From Chiloscyllium plagiosum (lineage: Eukaryota): a stretch of DNA of 64,000 bases. Both the position numbers and the translations under genes were made by a program. The stretch spans positions 52,863,922-52,927,921 of the forward strand of contig NC_057728.1 in assembly GCF_004010195.1 (NCBI RefSeq). The letters run 5' to 3'. The first letter of the stretch is position 1. The number at the start of each line of letters is the position of its first letter. Shown here one piece after another: positions 62,581 through 64,000 of the stretch. The notes beneath the pieces were generated by a model. It did not search any database. It saw only the letters and a program-made list of their open reading frames with translations, and was not told the DNA's origin.

Positions 62581-64000
62581 ATAAAAAGGCAGTGGCCCTC
62601 TTTGCCCAGAGGTTTAGGCAGCTAAGTCATAGGGACCCAGCCACTGCAAGTACATGATCATCTGGCTGCATCCATGGACAGATTGGCAGCTGTAGAAACA
62701 GGTCAAGTCCCCCCCGAGACTGCTAGAGACACACAAACACCTGCACTCCACTTTAGAGAGACCTCCAGGACTGAGGACATGACAACAGGAGTTACTGCCT
62801 ACTCAACGTGGCCCTTAATCATGAGGTGACAGGGCAGTGCAAGGGGGAGGCACTCAGCCAGAGGAGGAACTACATGTTGGTTCCTCAGAAGTCTCCTCTC
62901 AGGACATTGCAGATGCGGTTGGGCACTTTACCTCCACTCTGCCTGCCCCTTCCAACTCTTGGAATTTCAAATCAAGGGTCCACTAACGGTAAGAAGACCC
63001 TAAGAATTTTTGATGGTTTGGGTATGCTTGACAAAATCTCCATGGTTAATGAGCTCCACTGCTGAGCAGCTCCATCCACCCAGCAGTAGAACCTGGACAT
63101 CACGAAGAAACATGCGAGCAAGAGAAAGAATAAAGTCTTTGGATTGCATTTTTGTCAAATAGGTAACAGCATACTGTATAAAAAGTTTCATGTTTGTATA
63201 CATTTGATTGGTTTTACATCACATTCATTTGTTTGATTATCTTGATTGTACCTGTGCTAGTATAATGGCTAACTTTGCGTTCATACAGGATGGACTATGG
63301 TTTGATGTCCATGTTGCAGCATGAAGAGAGATGAACAAGATATACATCAGACAATGGGTTCTGCTGACACTATTGTCTCTTGTGATCAAGCATTCCCATT
63401 CTTTTCCCGGCCTCTATGCATAAAAGTGATGGTGTGAATAAAGTAGTCACCAATGTCTGGGGCAGTGAGTTATACTGTACACAGAGAGCCAATGCAGTAA
63501 GATCACCATGGATTATGGGTTACACAGTTCCGTACTCTGTACAGTGCATGGGTCATTGTTGCCCTGTAAAGGGCCTCAAATCAGGGGTCTGATTTGCAGT
63601 CCCCTCACTCACAGATCAAAATTCTGATGTAGCCTATTCTGGGTGTGCTCACAGCCATTTTCTTTCCCATTGTGTACTTTCAATTCCCAGTATGCTGGAA
63701 GGTGATAGTGACCATTCTTCATCAGTGGCTTCAACCTCCACCTCTAGGTGTCGGTGAGACCTAAGTAGCTTGATTCCTTTCCTGATAGCCCTTCCTGTGA
63801 GCCTGTACGCTTCACCTGTCCCCAAGTCCCTACCTAACCTGTCTGCTTCAGTCTGTGCCTGCATACCTTCTGCCCACAGTACCCCCAACCCCACCCCCAC
63901 CACAGTTCTTGGTAAACAGTCAACCAGTTACATTCTTATTGGAATGTGCCAGGAGAACTTTGGAATTCCTAGTCAGTCAGCCAAAAGACATTTTTACATT

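Noticed and set aside
1..64000. ORF-track entries as host genes
   Set aside because: Recognisable ORFs are disrupted TE fragments or their antisense frames; the rest are short, often with non-ATG starts, and show no domain I recognise.
62590..64000. Further Harbinger-like remnant (also ~42840-43200 and ~55000-56150)
   Set aside because: Composition is suggestive, but I could not fix a motif, TIR or boundary.

Overview
Vertebrate (cartilaginous-fish-type, most likely shark; inferred from the repeat families) non-coding DNA, either intergenic or deep intronic. I cannot support any host protein-coding gene. Most of the window is layered transposon debris: many CR1/HER1-type LINE fragments, tRNA-headed HE1/V-type and older Deu-type SINEs, L1 and Tx1-type LINE 3' ends, L2-type tails, a degenerate Gypsy provirus with both LTRs and a 5-bp TSD (38189-42548), three solo LTRs, a Tigger/pogo-like MITE, Harbinger-like remnants and a ~2-kb 25-bp minisatellite. 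There are two N gaps (30020-30387, 59815-59943). The strongest recurring signal is about a dozen short Penelope-like termini. Many carry a minimal hammerhead-ribozyme core (CTGAnGA-A-stem II-GAAA-C-GTC) whose stem II and stem III covary across subfamilies, and several are 70-230 bp ORF-less, often fold-back, units with 10-15 bp TSDs. Other oddities: a polyadenylated antisense-CR1 retrocopy, repeated insertion at one homologous LTR position, locally templated inverted insertions at CR1 junctions, and a recurrent CR1 breakpoint. Family names come from motif recognition only; no database was searched, and boundaries of old elements are approximate.
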